Origin: Isosphaeraceae bacterium
Lineage (GTDB): Bacteria > Planctomycetota > Planctomycetia > Isosphaerales > Isosphaeraceae
Length of the DNA: 64,000 nt
Assembly: GCA_965201075.1 (NCBI GenBank)
Contig: CBDAVP010000010.1
Span: 62,001-126,000 of the forward strand
Direction: 5' to 3'
Shown here: piece by piece, positions 37,712 through 47,278 of the stretch
Position numbering within the stretch: the first letter of the stretch is position 1
How the letters are laid out: each line of letters begins with the position of its first letter
Position numbers and translations under genes: made by a program
Notes under the pieces: generated by a model
Told to the model about the DNA's origin: nothing
Seen by the model: the letters and a program-made list of their open reading frames with translations, nothing else
Database searches by the model: none

Positions 37712-39508
37712 ATGCTCAATGCCGCGCTCAAGCAGTACGTCACGACGAGGCTGCTCCCGAACGCTCAGACCCCCGGCCAGTACACCGGCGGCGAACTCAA
37801 CAGCGTCTTGAAGGACCACCGGGAGGCCGAGGGAACGCTCTGCCTGGCGTTCCCCGACACCTACGCCCTGGGGATGAGCCACCACGGCTTGCAGGTGCTG
37901 TATAGCCTGATGCACGCCGAAGGGTGGGCCACCGAGCGGGCCTTCACCCCCCTGCCCGACTTCGAGCAACTGTTGAGGGAACACGAGATTCCCCTGTACG
38001 GCCTGGAGTCGTTCACCCCTTTGAACGAGTTCGACGTCGTGGGGTTCTCGCTGCAGTACGAGATCTGCTACACGAACCTCCTGACGATGCTGGACCTGGG
38101 CCGCATCCCCCTGAAGGCCGAGGACCGCGGGCCCGATGCGCCTTTGGTCATCGCCGGGGGGCCCGGTGCCCAGAACCCGGAACTGCTCGCTCCGTACATC
38201 GACCTGTTCGTCATCGGCGACGGCGAGCCGAGCCTGCCAGTCGTCTGCCGGATGTGGAAGGCGATGCAGGGGGATCCGTCGCTTTCCCGGGAGGACAAGC
38301 TCGCCCGGATCGCCGCCGCGGTGACGTGGGCCTATGTCCCCCGGTTCTACGCCCCGGAATACGCCGAGGACGGCACCCAGAGCGGCATCGTCCGGCTGCG
38401 GGACGACGTGCCGGCGGCGATTCGCCCTTGCACGATCACCAGCCTCGATGAAATTCCCCTGCCAACCCGGCCGATCGTGCCATTCGTGGAGACGACCCAC
38501 GACCGCATCGCCATCGAGATCATGCGTGGGTGCCCCTGGCAGTGCCGGTTCTGCCAGAGCACCGTCATCAAGCGGCCTCTGCGGTATCGCACCGTGGAAA
38601 CGATCCTCGACGCCGCGATGCAGAGTTACCGCAACACCGGCTACGACGAAATCAGCCTGCTGTCCCTCTCGACCAGCGACTACCCGCACTTCGAGGAACT
38701 GGTGACGCGGATGAGCGAGGTCTTCACCCCCTTGGGCGTGAAGCTGAGCCTCCCCAGCCTGCGGATCACCGAGACCTTGAAGAAGGTGCCGGCCCTGCTG
38801 GACGAGGGGCGACGCGGCGGTTTGACGCTGGCGCCGGAGGTGGCCCGCGACGATATGCGCGAGCAGATCCGCAAGCCGATCAACAACCAGGACCTTTACG
38901 ATGGAGCCGCCGAGGCGTTCCGCCGGGGTTGGCGGCGGGTCAAGCTGTACTTCATGTGCGGCCTGCCCGGCGAGCGGCCGGCCGACCTCGACGGCATCAT
39001 CGAGATGGCCGAGACCCTGGCCCGCATCGGCAAGGACGTCACCGGCCGCTATGCCGACATCACCGCCAGCGTTTCCAACTTCGTCCCTAAACCGCATACT
39101 CCCTACCAGTGGAGCGGGATGCGCGACCGCGAATACTTCCGCTGGGCCCACAAGTATCTGCGGTCGAAGGTCAAGCTCCGCGCGGTGACGGTCAAGACGC
39201 ACGACATCGAAACGAGCCTGCTGGAAGGCATCCTCACCCGGGGCGACCGCCGCGTTTCGCCGGCCCTGGAAGAAGCCTGGAGGCGAGGCGCCCGCCTCGA
39301 CGCCTGGCGAGAGCATTTCCAGGCGCAACGTTGGTGGGACACCTTCGCCGACCTCGGCATCGACGTCGCCTTCTACAGCCAGCGAGACCGGCCGGTCGAC
39401 GAAGTGCTGCCCTGGGACCACATCCACGTCAAGAAGGGGCGTGAGTACCTGGCCAAGGAACAAGGGCGCTCGGTCGTGCAATTGACGGCAATGGCCAGCG
39501 CGGTCTGA
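37712..39508 (+). CDS. Radical SAM protein, TIGR03960-like (B12-binding family)
   Basis: YTGGELN, LAFPDTY.LGMSH, EIMRGCPWQCRFCQ (CxxxCxxC), LTLAPE, KLYFMCGLP, FVPKPHTP. Confidence 0.9.
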   Translation: MLNAALKQYVTTRLLPNAQTPGQYTGGELNSVLKDHREAEGTLCLAFPDTYALGMSHHGLQVLYSLMHAEGWATERAFTPLPDFEQLLREHEIPLYGLESFTPLNEFDVVGFSLQYEICYTNLLTMLDLGRIPLKAEDRGPDAPLVIAGGPGAQNPELLAPYIDLFVIGDGEPSLPVVCRMWKAMQGDPSLSREDKLARIAAAVTWAYVPRFYAPEYAEDGTQSGIVRLRDDVPAAIRPCTITSLDEIPLPTRPIVPFVETTHDRIAIEIMRGCPWQCRFCQSTVIKRPLRYRTVETILDAAMQSYRNTGYDEISLLSLSTSDYPHFEELVTRMSEVFTPLGVKLSLPSLRITETLKKVPALLDEGRRGGLTLAPEVARDDMREQIRKPINNQDLYDGAAEAFRRGWRRVKLYFMCGLPGERPADLDGIIEMAETLARIGKDVTGRYADITASVSNFVPKPHTPYQWSGMRDREYFRWAHKYLRSKVKLRAVTVKTHDIETSLLEGILTRGDRRVSPALEEAWRRGARLDAWREHFQAQRWWDTFADLGIDVAFYSQRDRPVDEVLPWDHIHVKKGREYLAKEQGRSVVQLTAMASAV

Positions 39509-39539
39509 TCGTCCCAGTTCAAGAGAAAGGACGAGCGAC

Positions 39540-40115
39540 ATGGCGAGCGTGGCCGAGACCAAGACGCTGCTGACCGCCGAACAGTTCCTCGACCTCAATC
39601 TGGGGGATGGGCGGTTTCAACTGGTGCGTGGGGAGATGGTCCAATTGACGTTTCCCAGGGCTTGGCACGGGAATGTTTTGAGCCGGATCGACTTCCAACT
39701 CACCCTTTTTGGGCGTCAAACGCGGTTCGGCTACGTCCTCGCGGGCGATTACCCGCTCATAACCGCGAGAGAGCCGGACACCGTTCGCGGCCCGGACATC
39801 ACATTCTTCAGCCGCGCCCGGCTGCCTGAATCCGCGAGTCGAACCGAGAAGCTGATCCAGATCCCCCCGGACCTTGTCGTCGAAATCGTTTCTCCCGGTA
39901 ACCGTCGATCCCAGGTTGCGATCAAAGTTGAGGAATATCTCAACGCGGGCGTTGGGATGGTCTGGGTCGTCTACCCGCGGCGGAACGTGGTCATCGTCCA
40001 CCGGCCCGGCGACGAGCCGCCGATGATGTTCAATGAGACCGACGTCCTCGAAAACCTCCCCGAATTGCCCGGCTTCCGCTGCCCCGTCGCCGAATTCTTT
40101 CCTCTCGAGGACTGA
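39540..40115 (+). CDS. Uma2 (DUF820) family endonuclease-like protein
   Basis: VRGPDITF, PDLVVEIVSP, EYLNAGV.MVWVVYP, ELPGF. Confidence 0.9.
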   Translation: MASVAETKTLLTAEQFLDLNLGDGRFQLVRGEMVQLTFPRAWHGNVLSRIDFQLTLFGRQTRFGYVLAGDYPLITAREPDTVRGPDITFFSRARLPESASRTEKLIQIPPDLVVEIVSPGNRRSQVAIKVEEYLNAGVGMVWVVYPRRNVVIVHRPGDEPPMMFNETDVLENLPELPGFRCPVAEFFPLED

Positions 40116-40160
40116 ACCCTAACCGCCGAGCCGCGTCCCCCAGCAGCGAGCCCCTTCATC

Positions 40161-40712
40161 ATGGCGAAACGACCGTGGAAGAAGCAGTCGATGCGGCTCA
40201 ACGCCGACCATGAGTGGAACTGCCGGGAGGGGTTCAAGGTCTTCGTCGCCGACCGCGGGGCTGTGCGGTTCGACATTCCCCAGAGCTGGCTGGTGATCCC
40301 CGGCGAGGACGCGATCGCCTTTCACGACCGCCAGCCGCCCGACGACGATTGCACCTTGAAGCTGTCGATTCTGAGGCTGCCGCCGGGCGTCGACTGGAGC
40401 GTCATGCCCATCTCTCGGATGATCCGCGAGGTTCGCGAGGACGACTCACGCAACATCCTGTCGAGGACCGAGCCGGTCGACTTTCGCCGCGGGGAGACGG
40501 ACATCTCCTGGGTGGGTGAGACGTACATTGACTCTGGAGAGTGCCGCGTCGCCCACGGCCGGACCCTCCTGGCCCGTCACGGCCTGATCCAGCCGCTCAT
40601 CACCTTCGCCTACTGGGACGACGACTCCGAACGGGTCGAGCCAGCCTGGGAAGAGGTGGTCCGCTCCCTGGAACTGGGCCGCGAGATCGCCGACCCCCGG
40701 CGGGGACGCTGA
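40161..40712 (+). CDS. Hypothetical protein
   Basis: Globular-looking 183-aa ORF with host-like codon usage, between co-directional genes. Confidence 0.7.
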   Translation: MAKRPWKKQSMRLNADHEWNCREGFKVFVADRGAVRFDIPQSWLVIPGEDAIAFHDRQPPDDDCTLKLSILRLPPGVDWSVMPISRMIREVREDDSRNILSRTEPVDFRRGETDISWVGETYIDSGECRVAHGRTLLARHGLIQPLITFAYWDDDSERVEPAWEEVVRSLELGREIADPRRGR

Positions 40713-40752
40713 TCGTGTGGCCTTGTGGGAATCGCCGTCGGGGAGTTTCGCC

Positions 40753-41733
40753 GTGACGATCGGCCCGTACCTGGCCATCGCCCGGCCGGATCATTGGTTC
40801 AAGAACGCGTTCATGCTCGCCGGGGTCCTGCTGGCGGCGTTCTACCATCCCGATTTGCTGGGAACCTCGGCGTTGGCGAGGGTGGCGCTGGGGTTCGGGG
40901 CGACCTGCCTGATCGCCTCGACCAACTATGTCCTGAACGAGATCCTCGACGCACCCACCGACCGCCACCACCCCTTCAAAAGCCAACGGCCGATCCCTTC
41001 GGGCGCGGCGAAGCTGCCGATGGCCTGGGTCGAGTGGGTCGCCCTGGGCGTCTCTGGATTGCTCACGGCGTCGTCGATCAATCGGCCGTTCTTCTGGACG
41101 GGCGTGGCGCTTTTGGTCATGGGGATGGTCTATAACGTCCCGCCGATCCGCTCGAAGGATTGGCCCTATGTCGACGTCCTGACCGAGTCGGTCAACAACC
41201 CGATCCGCCTGCTGCTGGGCTGGTTTGCCGTCACCACGGCCGAGTTCCCGCCGGTCTCGCTGCTGATTGCCTACTGGATGGTGGGGGCCTACTTCATGGC
41301 GACCAAACGGTTCGCCGAGTATCGCTACCTGGCCGACCCCGTCGGCGCCGGGGCGTATCGGCGCTCGTTCCGCCACTACAACGAACAGCGACTGCTGGTG
41401 AGCATGCTGTTTTACGCGACCACCGCCGCGCTGTTCCTGGGTGTGTTCATCATCCGCTACCACCTGGAATTGATCCTGATCGTCCCCCTGTTGACGGGGT
41501 TTCTCTGCTATTATCTGCACGTCGCCTTCAAGCCCGATAGCGCCGCGCAGAGCCCCGAGCGGCTCTATCGAGAGCGGGGCTTGATGGCGTACCTCGTCGG
41601 CTGCGTCCTGGCGTTCGCGGCGTTGATGTTCGTCCAGGTGCCGGCCCTCTACCAGTTCTTCCACGTCCCCCCGTCCCGGGTCGCCCCGCTGTGGAAGCTC
41701 GCCCCGACCTCCTCCAGCAGCCCGCGGCCGTGA
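40753..41733 (+). CDS. UbiA family prenyltransferase, polyprenyl-phosphate phosphoribosyltransferase-like
   Basis: ARPDHWFKN, YVLNEILD...DRHHPFK..RPIPSG, KRFAE, multiple TM helices. Confidence 0.85.
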   Translation: MTIGPYLAIARPDHWFKNAFMLAGVLLAAFYHPDLLGTSALARVALGFGATCLIASTNYVLNEILDAPTDRHHPFKSQRPIPSGAAKLPMAWVEWVALGVSGLLTASSINRPFFWTGVALLVMGMVYNVPPIRSKDWPYVDVLTESVNNPIRLLLGWFAVTTAEFPPVSLLIAYWMVGAYFMATKRFAEYRYLADPVGAGAYRRSFRHYNEQRLLVSMLFYATTAALFLGVFIIRYHLELILIVPLLTGFLCYYLHVAFKPDSAAQSPERLYRERGLMAYLVGCVLAFAALMFVQVPALYQFFHVPPSRVAPLWKLAPTSSSSPRP

Positions 41734-43328
41734 CCCCCCAACCGCGCTGGCCCTGGTTCGCGCTCGCATTGGCCCTGCTCTGGGTTTTCGCGGTGCGCGT
41801 GCCCTTGTTGATGAATGCGCGGGCCCACCTGGACAGCGACCTGGCCGTCGAGGGCTTGACGCTGGCCGACGCCGCCGACGGCCACTGGCGATGGCATTAC
41901 CCCTCGGCCACCTACATGGGCATCCCCCCTTTGCTGCTGTCGTATCCCCAGGGGTTGGTGTGGGGGGCCGACCCGACGACCCTCGCCAGTGGCGGGACGG
42001 TAGCCTACCTGGCCGTGGTGGCATTGACGTTCGTCCTGGGCTGGCGGGCGTTTGGGCCGTCGGTGGCGTTGTGGGGACTGGTACCGCTGGCATTCGCCTC
42101 AACGGGGACATTGTGGCTCTCGGCCCGGGTCTATGGGGGGCATCTCGCCGCCGCCGCCTGGCACGCGGCGGCTCTGGCGATGCTTTGCGGTTGCGTGGGA
42201 CGCGGCGGTTGGAAACGCGCGGCGCTGCTGGGTTTCTGGTGTGGGTTGGGAGTTTATGTCGACAAGATGATGCTGGTGACGGTCGCGGCGATCGTCCCGG
42301 CCGCGGCTTTGGCCTGGTGGTCGTCGGGAAGGTCGGCTCGCGCTGCCCTGACTTGCGTTCCGGTCTTCGCGATCGCCCTGGTCCTGGGGTATCTCCCGCA
42401 CGCCGTCGGCACCCGGGTTGACCCGTTCGACAACTACAACGAGCAATTCGAGCCGATCTGGTCCCGCGCCGTCCTGGTCGAACATGCCCGCATCCTCACC
42501 CTGGAATGCCTCCCCCGCCTCGTCGCTGGCCACCTTTTGCCGGGGATGCGGGCCGAGACCGAACCCCCTCCCGCGATGCGAAACGCGGCCCCTTCGTCCG
42601 ACCCGTCGGGCGACCCGCTGGCCTGGGCAACCACCGTGTTCGTCCTGGGTCTGTTCGCCGAGGCGATGCTGGCGATGCTCCGTGGACAGGGCCGGGCCGA
42701 GACAGTCGCCGGCCGAGCGACGCGTAGGGCATTGGTGTTGTCGAGCCTGGGAGTGGTCGCCGGTTTTCTCTTGAACCGCAACATCTTCAACTCGGACAAC
42801 TACCGATACCTGGTCTTCCTGCTGGCCCCCTGGTCGCTGGGTTTCGGCCTGCGGATGGACCGCCTGGCCAAGACCGGGACCGGTGGGCAGGTCGCCGCCT
42901 GGGGTCTGGCGGCGCTGCTGGCCCTGGGCTTGACCGTCGACACGGCTCGTTACTATCGACGCTTCGGCTGGCTGGCCCCCGACGGCCGGCCCGTTCGGCA
43001 AGTGGTCGCCGACCCGATCCTTGACGCCCTGAACGACCGTCCCGAGATCACCCACCTTTTCGGTGACTACTGGGACGTCTACCGACTGGCGTTCCTGACC
43101 GGCGGTCGGGTCCGAGGCGTGCCGTATCCCGGCTACCCCGACCGCTTCCCCGAGATCGCTCGCGGCCTGCCCGGCAACCGCCCTGCCTGGGTGGTCGTCC
43201 GTCTGAACGAAACACGAGGCGTCCAGGTCCGGCGGGCGGCGCTCCAGCAAGGGGGGGACGAGGTGGTCCGGTCTGGGTCGGTCGCCTTGCTGCACTGGCC
43301 GGTCGAGCGGCGGAGGCCGACCCCGTGA
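41730..43328 (+). CDS. Multi-pass membrane glycosyltransferase (GT-C, ArnT/PMT-like)
   Basis: First loop HLDSDLA, many TM helices, NYRYLVFL, and periplasmic C-terminus GDYWDVYRL. GTGA overlap with the UbiA gene. Confidence 0.7.
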   Translation: MTPQPRWPWFALALALLWVFAVRVPLLMNARAHLDSDLAVEGLTLADAADGHWRWHYPSATYMGIPPLLLSYPQGLVWGADPTTLASGGTVAYLAVVALTFVLGWRAFGPSVALWGLVPLAFASTGTLWLSARVYGGHLAAAAWHAAALAMLCGCVGRGGWKRAALLGFWCGLGVYVDKMMLVTVAAIVPAAALAWWSSGRSARAALTCVPVFAIALVLGYLPHAVGTRVDPFDNYNEQFEPIWSRAVLVEHARILTLECLPRLVAGHLLPGMRAETEPPPAMRNAAPSSDPSGDPLAWATTVFVLGLFAEAMLAMLRGQGRAETVAGRATRRALVLSSLGVVAGFLLNRNIFNSDNYRYLVFLLAPWSLGFGLRMDRLAKTGTGGQVAAWGLAALLALGLTVDTARYYRRFGWLAPDGRPVRQVVADPILDALNDRPEITHLFGDYWDVYRLAFLTGGRVRGVPYPGYPDRFPEIARGLPGNRPAWVVVRLNETRGVQVRRAALQQGGDEVVRSGSVALLHWPVERRRPTP

Positions 43329-45877
43329 CCTGTCGCGACGAGTCGCCCCCCGCCGAATGGTCCCCCGAGCCCCGACGCTGGGGATACTCCGATCTCCTGG
43401 CGCTGCTCGTCTGGACCGCCGGAGTTGTCTGGATCTTCGGCAAGGCCGCGACTCTGCGAGAAGCGCTGTTCTACTTCGACGTCACCGAGATCAACTACCC
43501 CTATCGCGACTTCCTCGCCGAACAGATCCGCAACGGCCGGTTCGCTCGCTGGCACCCCGGCCTCTACTGCGGCTTGCCCCTGTACAGCGAGAGCCAGGCT
43601 GGCTACTGGCATCCTTTGAAATACTTGCTCTACCCGTGGCTGCCGACCTGGAAGGCGTTCAACCTCGACACGATCCTCTCCGTCTGGCTGACGGGGGTCG
43701 GGGCGTTCGGCTGGTTACGCCGTCAGGTTGGGCCGGCGGGGGCCTTCACCGGCGCGGTGGTTTGTGGACTGGGCGGGTTCACCTGGGCCCACCTGATCCA
43801 CACCAGCATGATGAACGCCCTGCCTAGCGTGCCGTTGGCGTTCTGGGCCCTGGAAGCGTCGTGGACCTCGGGCCGATTGCGGGCGGCGGCCCTCGGCGGT
43901 CTGGCGATCGCCTGCCAGGTCTTCGCCGGCCACCTGCAAGACACCTTGCTCACCGGCTCGGCCCTGGGGGTTTACACGCTTGCCCGGTTCGCCGGGGCGC
44001 GGACCGGCCGCGAGCGCAGGCAGATCCTCATCGCCGCGGCGACCTTGATGGGCCTGGGGATCGCGGCCGCTGGCATCCAGTGGGTTCCCTCCAAGGAGTT
44101 GCTCGACCGTTCCCCCCGCGCTGGCGGTTTGAGCTATGACGACCAGGCGTATGGCTCCTGGCATCCGGAGCTTCTGCCGACGCTTTTGGTCCGTGAGGCG
44201 TATGGCACCCTGGCCCGAGACACCGACTGGATGGATGGCTATTACCCTTACCACGAAATGAACGCCTACCTCGGGGCCCTGGCCCTGGGTCTGGCCGTGG
44301 TCGGCGCCGCGGCCTGGCGGGACCGTTGGGTCGCCGGCTGGATGGTCGTCGGCGCGGTGGGCGCCCTGCTGATGCTGGGTCGCTACACCATCGTCTTCGA
44401 TCTTCTGAGGCGCGTCCCGGTGCTGGGCAGTTCCCGGATCGCCGTCCGCTATCATCTGTGGATGACGATGGCCGTGGCGGCGCTGGCGGCCGTCGGGGTC
44501 GACCGCCTGGCCCGCCCCGGCCGGGTCCGCCTCGCTCCGGCGTTGGTGACCCTGGGCGTTTTGATCGCGATCTCCGCCGTCTTGCTGATGGCGATCTACC
44601 CGCCTCTCTGGACCGACGCCCGCAACTGGTCGGGTTCCTACCTCGGTCCCCGTTCCCACGCGCTGATTGAGCAGTTGGCCGGCTCGACGGCTCGCGTCTC
44701 GGCGTTGCTGGCCCTGGGCGCCTGGGCCGCGTTTCGAGCCTCCCGAGCGACCGACTCCCGCCGCCGACGGACCTGGGCGTCGGTCTTGCCCTTGCTGGTG
44801 ATGGTCGACCTGCTGGGCTCTCATGCCTGGGACGTGCCGACGATCGACCCGGCTTACTGGACCAGTCCGCCGCCGGCCGTCCCTTTGATCCGCGACGACC
44901 CTCACTCCGGCCGCGTCATGGGCCTGCGAGACAAGGCCGCGGCCGAGCCGGGTTATCTGTCCCGCCCCATCGACTTCTTCCCGGTGCGCGACACTTTGGC
45001 CTGGAGCCTGCCGCCGGTCTGGGGTCTGCGATCGGCCTGGGGCGAAACGCCGATCCACGATGCTCGCATCGACGCCTACGCCGACGCGGTTTCGTTTCCC
45101 CGGGGTCGCTTCGCCCTGGAAGGCGTTACCCACCTGCTGGCCGCCCGGGGTTTCGCGTCCCGCGACCTCCCGCCCCCGGTTCGCGCCGGCACGGCCAACA
45201 TCTTGAAGATCCCCGACTCTCTGCCGAGGGCTCGCCTCGTCGGCCGACCGGTTTACGCAACTGACCGCTCCTCCGCCACCAAGATCCTCCGGGCGATCGA
45301 CCCCCGGAAACGCCTGGTGGTCGAGGACCCGATGCGCCCCCTGCCGATGACCGCCCCCGACCCCGCTGGCGTTGCGACGATCACCCTCGACGAACCCGAA
45401 CGGGTCGACGTGGTGACCGATTCGCCGTCGCCGTCGTACCTGTTCCTGGCCGACACGTTCGACCCCGGCTGGTCGGCCACCGTCGACGGCCGTCCCGCCC
45501 CGATCCGCCCGGCGCAGGTCGCGTTTCGAGCCGTGTTCCTGACCACCGGCCGCCACCTCGTCCGCTTCCGCTATCAACCCGCCGGCTGGGATTTGGGGAT
45601 GGCTTTGACGGTGGCGGGCGGTCTGGGCGTCGCCTTCCTCATGGTCGTACCGCTCCGTCTTTCGCCGCCAACCACGCTGTCGGGCCCCTCGGGCTGGCCC
45701 CGCCGCTGGCCGGTGATCGGCTTGCTATTGCTGGCGGCGATTTTGGCCGTGTCGATCCCAAGCGTCGGCTCCGGACCCACCTTGCGGCTTCAATCTCGCT
45801 GGACGCACGTCGTCCACCCCTTCACCTGGGGCGCCGCGATCTCGACGATCAAGCCGCCGCCCCGTCGAGAGTTTTGA
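43325..45877 (+). CDS. YfhO family membrane protein (GT-C-like)
   Basis: DVTEINYPYR, WHPGLYCGLP...E.QAG, FAGHLQ, LPRA, ADTFDPGWSATVDG, G.H.V.F.Y.P. GTGA overlap. Confidence 0.85.
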   Translation: MTCRDESPPAEWSPEPRRWGYSDLLALLVWTAGVVWIFGKAATLREALFYFDVTEINYPYRDFLAEQIRNGRFARWHPGLYCGLPLYSESQAGYWHPLKYLLYPWLPTWKAFNLDTILSVWLTGVGAFGWLRRQVGPAGAFTGAVVCGLGGFTWAHLIHTSMMNALPSVPLAFWALEASWTSGRLRAAALGGLAIACQVFAGHLQDTLLTGSALGVYTLARFAGARTGRERRQILIAAATLMGLGIAAAGIQWVPSKELLDRSPRAGGLSYDDQAYGSWHPELLPTLLVREAYGTLARDTDWMDGYYPYHEMNAYLGALALGLAVVGAAAWRDRWVAGWMVVGAVGALLMLGRYTIVFDLLRRVPVLGSSRIAVRYHLWMTMAVAALAAVGVDRLARPGRVRLAPALVTLGVLIAISAVLLMAIYPPLWTDARNWSGSYLGPRSHALIEQLAGSTARVSALLALGAWAAFRASRATDSRRRRTWASVLPLLVMVDLLGSHAWDVPTIDPAYWTSPPPAVPLIRDDPHSGRVMGLRDKAAAEPGYLSRPIDFFPVRDTLAWSLPPVWGLRSAWGETPIHDARIDAYADAVSFPRGRFALEGVTHLLAARGFASRDLPPPVRAGTANILKIPDSLPRARLVGRPVYATDRSSATKILRAIDPRKRLVVEDPMRPLPMTAPDPAGVATITLDEPERVDVVTDSPSPSYLFLADTFDPGWSATVDGRPAPIRPAQVAFRAVFLTTGRHLVRFRYQPAGWDLGMALTVAGGLGVAFLMVVPLRLSPPTTLSGPSGWPRRWPVIGLLLLAAILAVSIPSVGSGPTLRLQSRWTHVVHPFTWGAAISTIKPPPRREF

Positions 45878-45896
45878 AGCCGAGGACGACCCCTCA

Positions 45897-46607
45897 TCAA
45901 GGTCGCGATCCGCCGCCCACCTCGACCGCCCGGATCAGGATCTCGGTTGCCAACGTGAGGCCCAGGCTCGCGGTGTCGAGTACCAGGTCGTAGTGGTGAG
46001 GGTCGGCCGGATCGACCCGGTACATGGTGCGGGCGAAGCGGTTGTGGCGGCGGTCGAGGTCTCTCGCGGCTCGGCGGGCGGTGCGGGACGAGACGCCCAT
46101 CCGCTCGGCAAGGCGTTGGGCCCGAACCTTCATTGGCGCGACGACCCTGACCGAGAGGGTTGACTCCCGAGGCAGCAAAAACCCCGCGCCCCGGCCGACG
46201 ATGACCGCCTCGCCGGCCTCGCCGATCGCCGCCACCAGCTTGGCCAGGTGGTCAAGATACGCTTCCTGAGGGGCGTAATATTCCTCCCTCAGCGGCAGTA
46301 ACCAGTCCTGGATGGTGCTGGGGGCCAGCTCGTCGAGGCCGCGCACGTTCTCGGCCGGCACTTCCATGCGGCGGGCGATCGCCTCCATCAACTCGTGGTC
46401 GTAGACCTTCCAGCCGAGCCGGGTGCCGACCAGCCGGGCCAGCGTTCCCCCTCCGGCGCCCGCCTCCCGACTGACGCAGACGTTGCGGAACCGGTCGACC
46501 GGCACGGCATCGTCGGCCTCCTCGACGCGTCGAGCGCCCCGGCCGCCCAGCCAGCGGGCCACCAACCCCGGCCACGCGCGAGCCCTACCCGATGCCTCGG
46601 GCGTCAT
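45897..46607 (-). CDS. Cytidylate kinase-like family protein
   Basis: VSREAGAGG, LGWKVYD, VIVGRGA, YDLVLDT. Confidence 0.85.
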   Translation of the reverse strand: MTPEASGRARAWPGLVARWLGGRGARRVEEADDAVPVDRFRNVCVSREAGAGGGTLARLVGTRLGWKVYDHELMEAIARRMEVPAENVRGLDELAPSTIQDWLLPLREEYYAPQEAYLDHLAKLVAAIGEAGEAVIVGRGAGFLLPRESTLSVRVVAPMKVRAQRLAERMGVSSRTARRAARDLDRRHNRFARTMYRVDPADPHHYDLVLDTASLGLTLATEILIRAVEVGGGSRP

Positions 46608-46723
46608 GTCCGCGCCCCTCCCTCGACCCGCTCCCACCATCCCCGAGTTGATTGTAACCTTTACCAACGAAACCCGCCTCCGGACCGGATCGCCAATTCC
46701 CGGAAAAATCGAGAACCGTTCTC

Positions 46724-46781
46724 GTACAACGACTTACGCGACGCGGCGGGCGAATTCTCTGTCGCCGGCACTGCCTTTGCC
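46724..46781 (+). promoter_or_regulatory. Putative sigma54 promoter with upstream IHF-like site
   Basis: CGGCACTGCCTTTGCC (46766-46781, GG-N10-GC). GTACAACGACTTA (46724-46736) fits CAA-N4-TTR. Confidence 0.6.
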
Positions 46782-46849
46782 TTAAGTCCCGACCGTCCGC
46801 GACCGACGCAACGCCCACTCAACCCAACGGATGGGAGACGGATATCGCC

Positions 46850-47062
46850 ATGAGGAGCCGACAAAGCAACCTGTTGTGGATGAAGGACCTGCTCGACCAC
46901 ATGACCGCCTGCCACGAGCAACTGCAATGGGCCGCCGACGGGCCAGCCGAGTCGTTCCTGGCCGAAAGCCTCATGGCCGACCTCTCCGAATGCCGGCGCC
47001 TCTGCGAGCAAATTCGTACCCCCCGCAAGTCATCCGACCGGGCCCTCGCCGTCGCCTGCTGA
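46850..47062 (+). CDS. Small helical hypothetical protein (70 aa)
   Basis: GGGAG RBS, host-like codons, downstream of the sigma54-like site. Confidence 0.7.
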   Translation: MRSRQSNLLWMKDLLDHMTACHEQLQWAADGPAESFLAESLMADLSECRRLCEQIRTPRKSSDRALAVAC

Positions 47063-47278
47063 GGACGGTCTCACTCGACTCCCCCGGGCCCGCCCTCTAC
47101 CTATCGACACCCCGACGGCCCGGGTCGACGAAGCCGTGAGAAATCCGCCCCTGAAAGATGACACCCGGACCCCTCCGGTCTGGCGATCCGATCCAATCCA
47201 AATTTCTGCTGCGAACGCCCCCGGCGCCGGCGATGATCGGGGCTCCAATCCGTGGCCACTCCACTCTCGGAGCCACCC

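Noticed and set aside
39540..40115. Uma2 nuclease as a defence system
   Set aside because: The family is highly expanded as solitary genes in planctomycetes, and no methyltransferase or known defence partner is adjacent.
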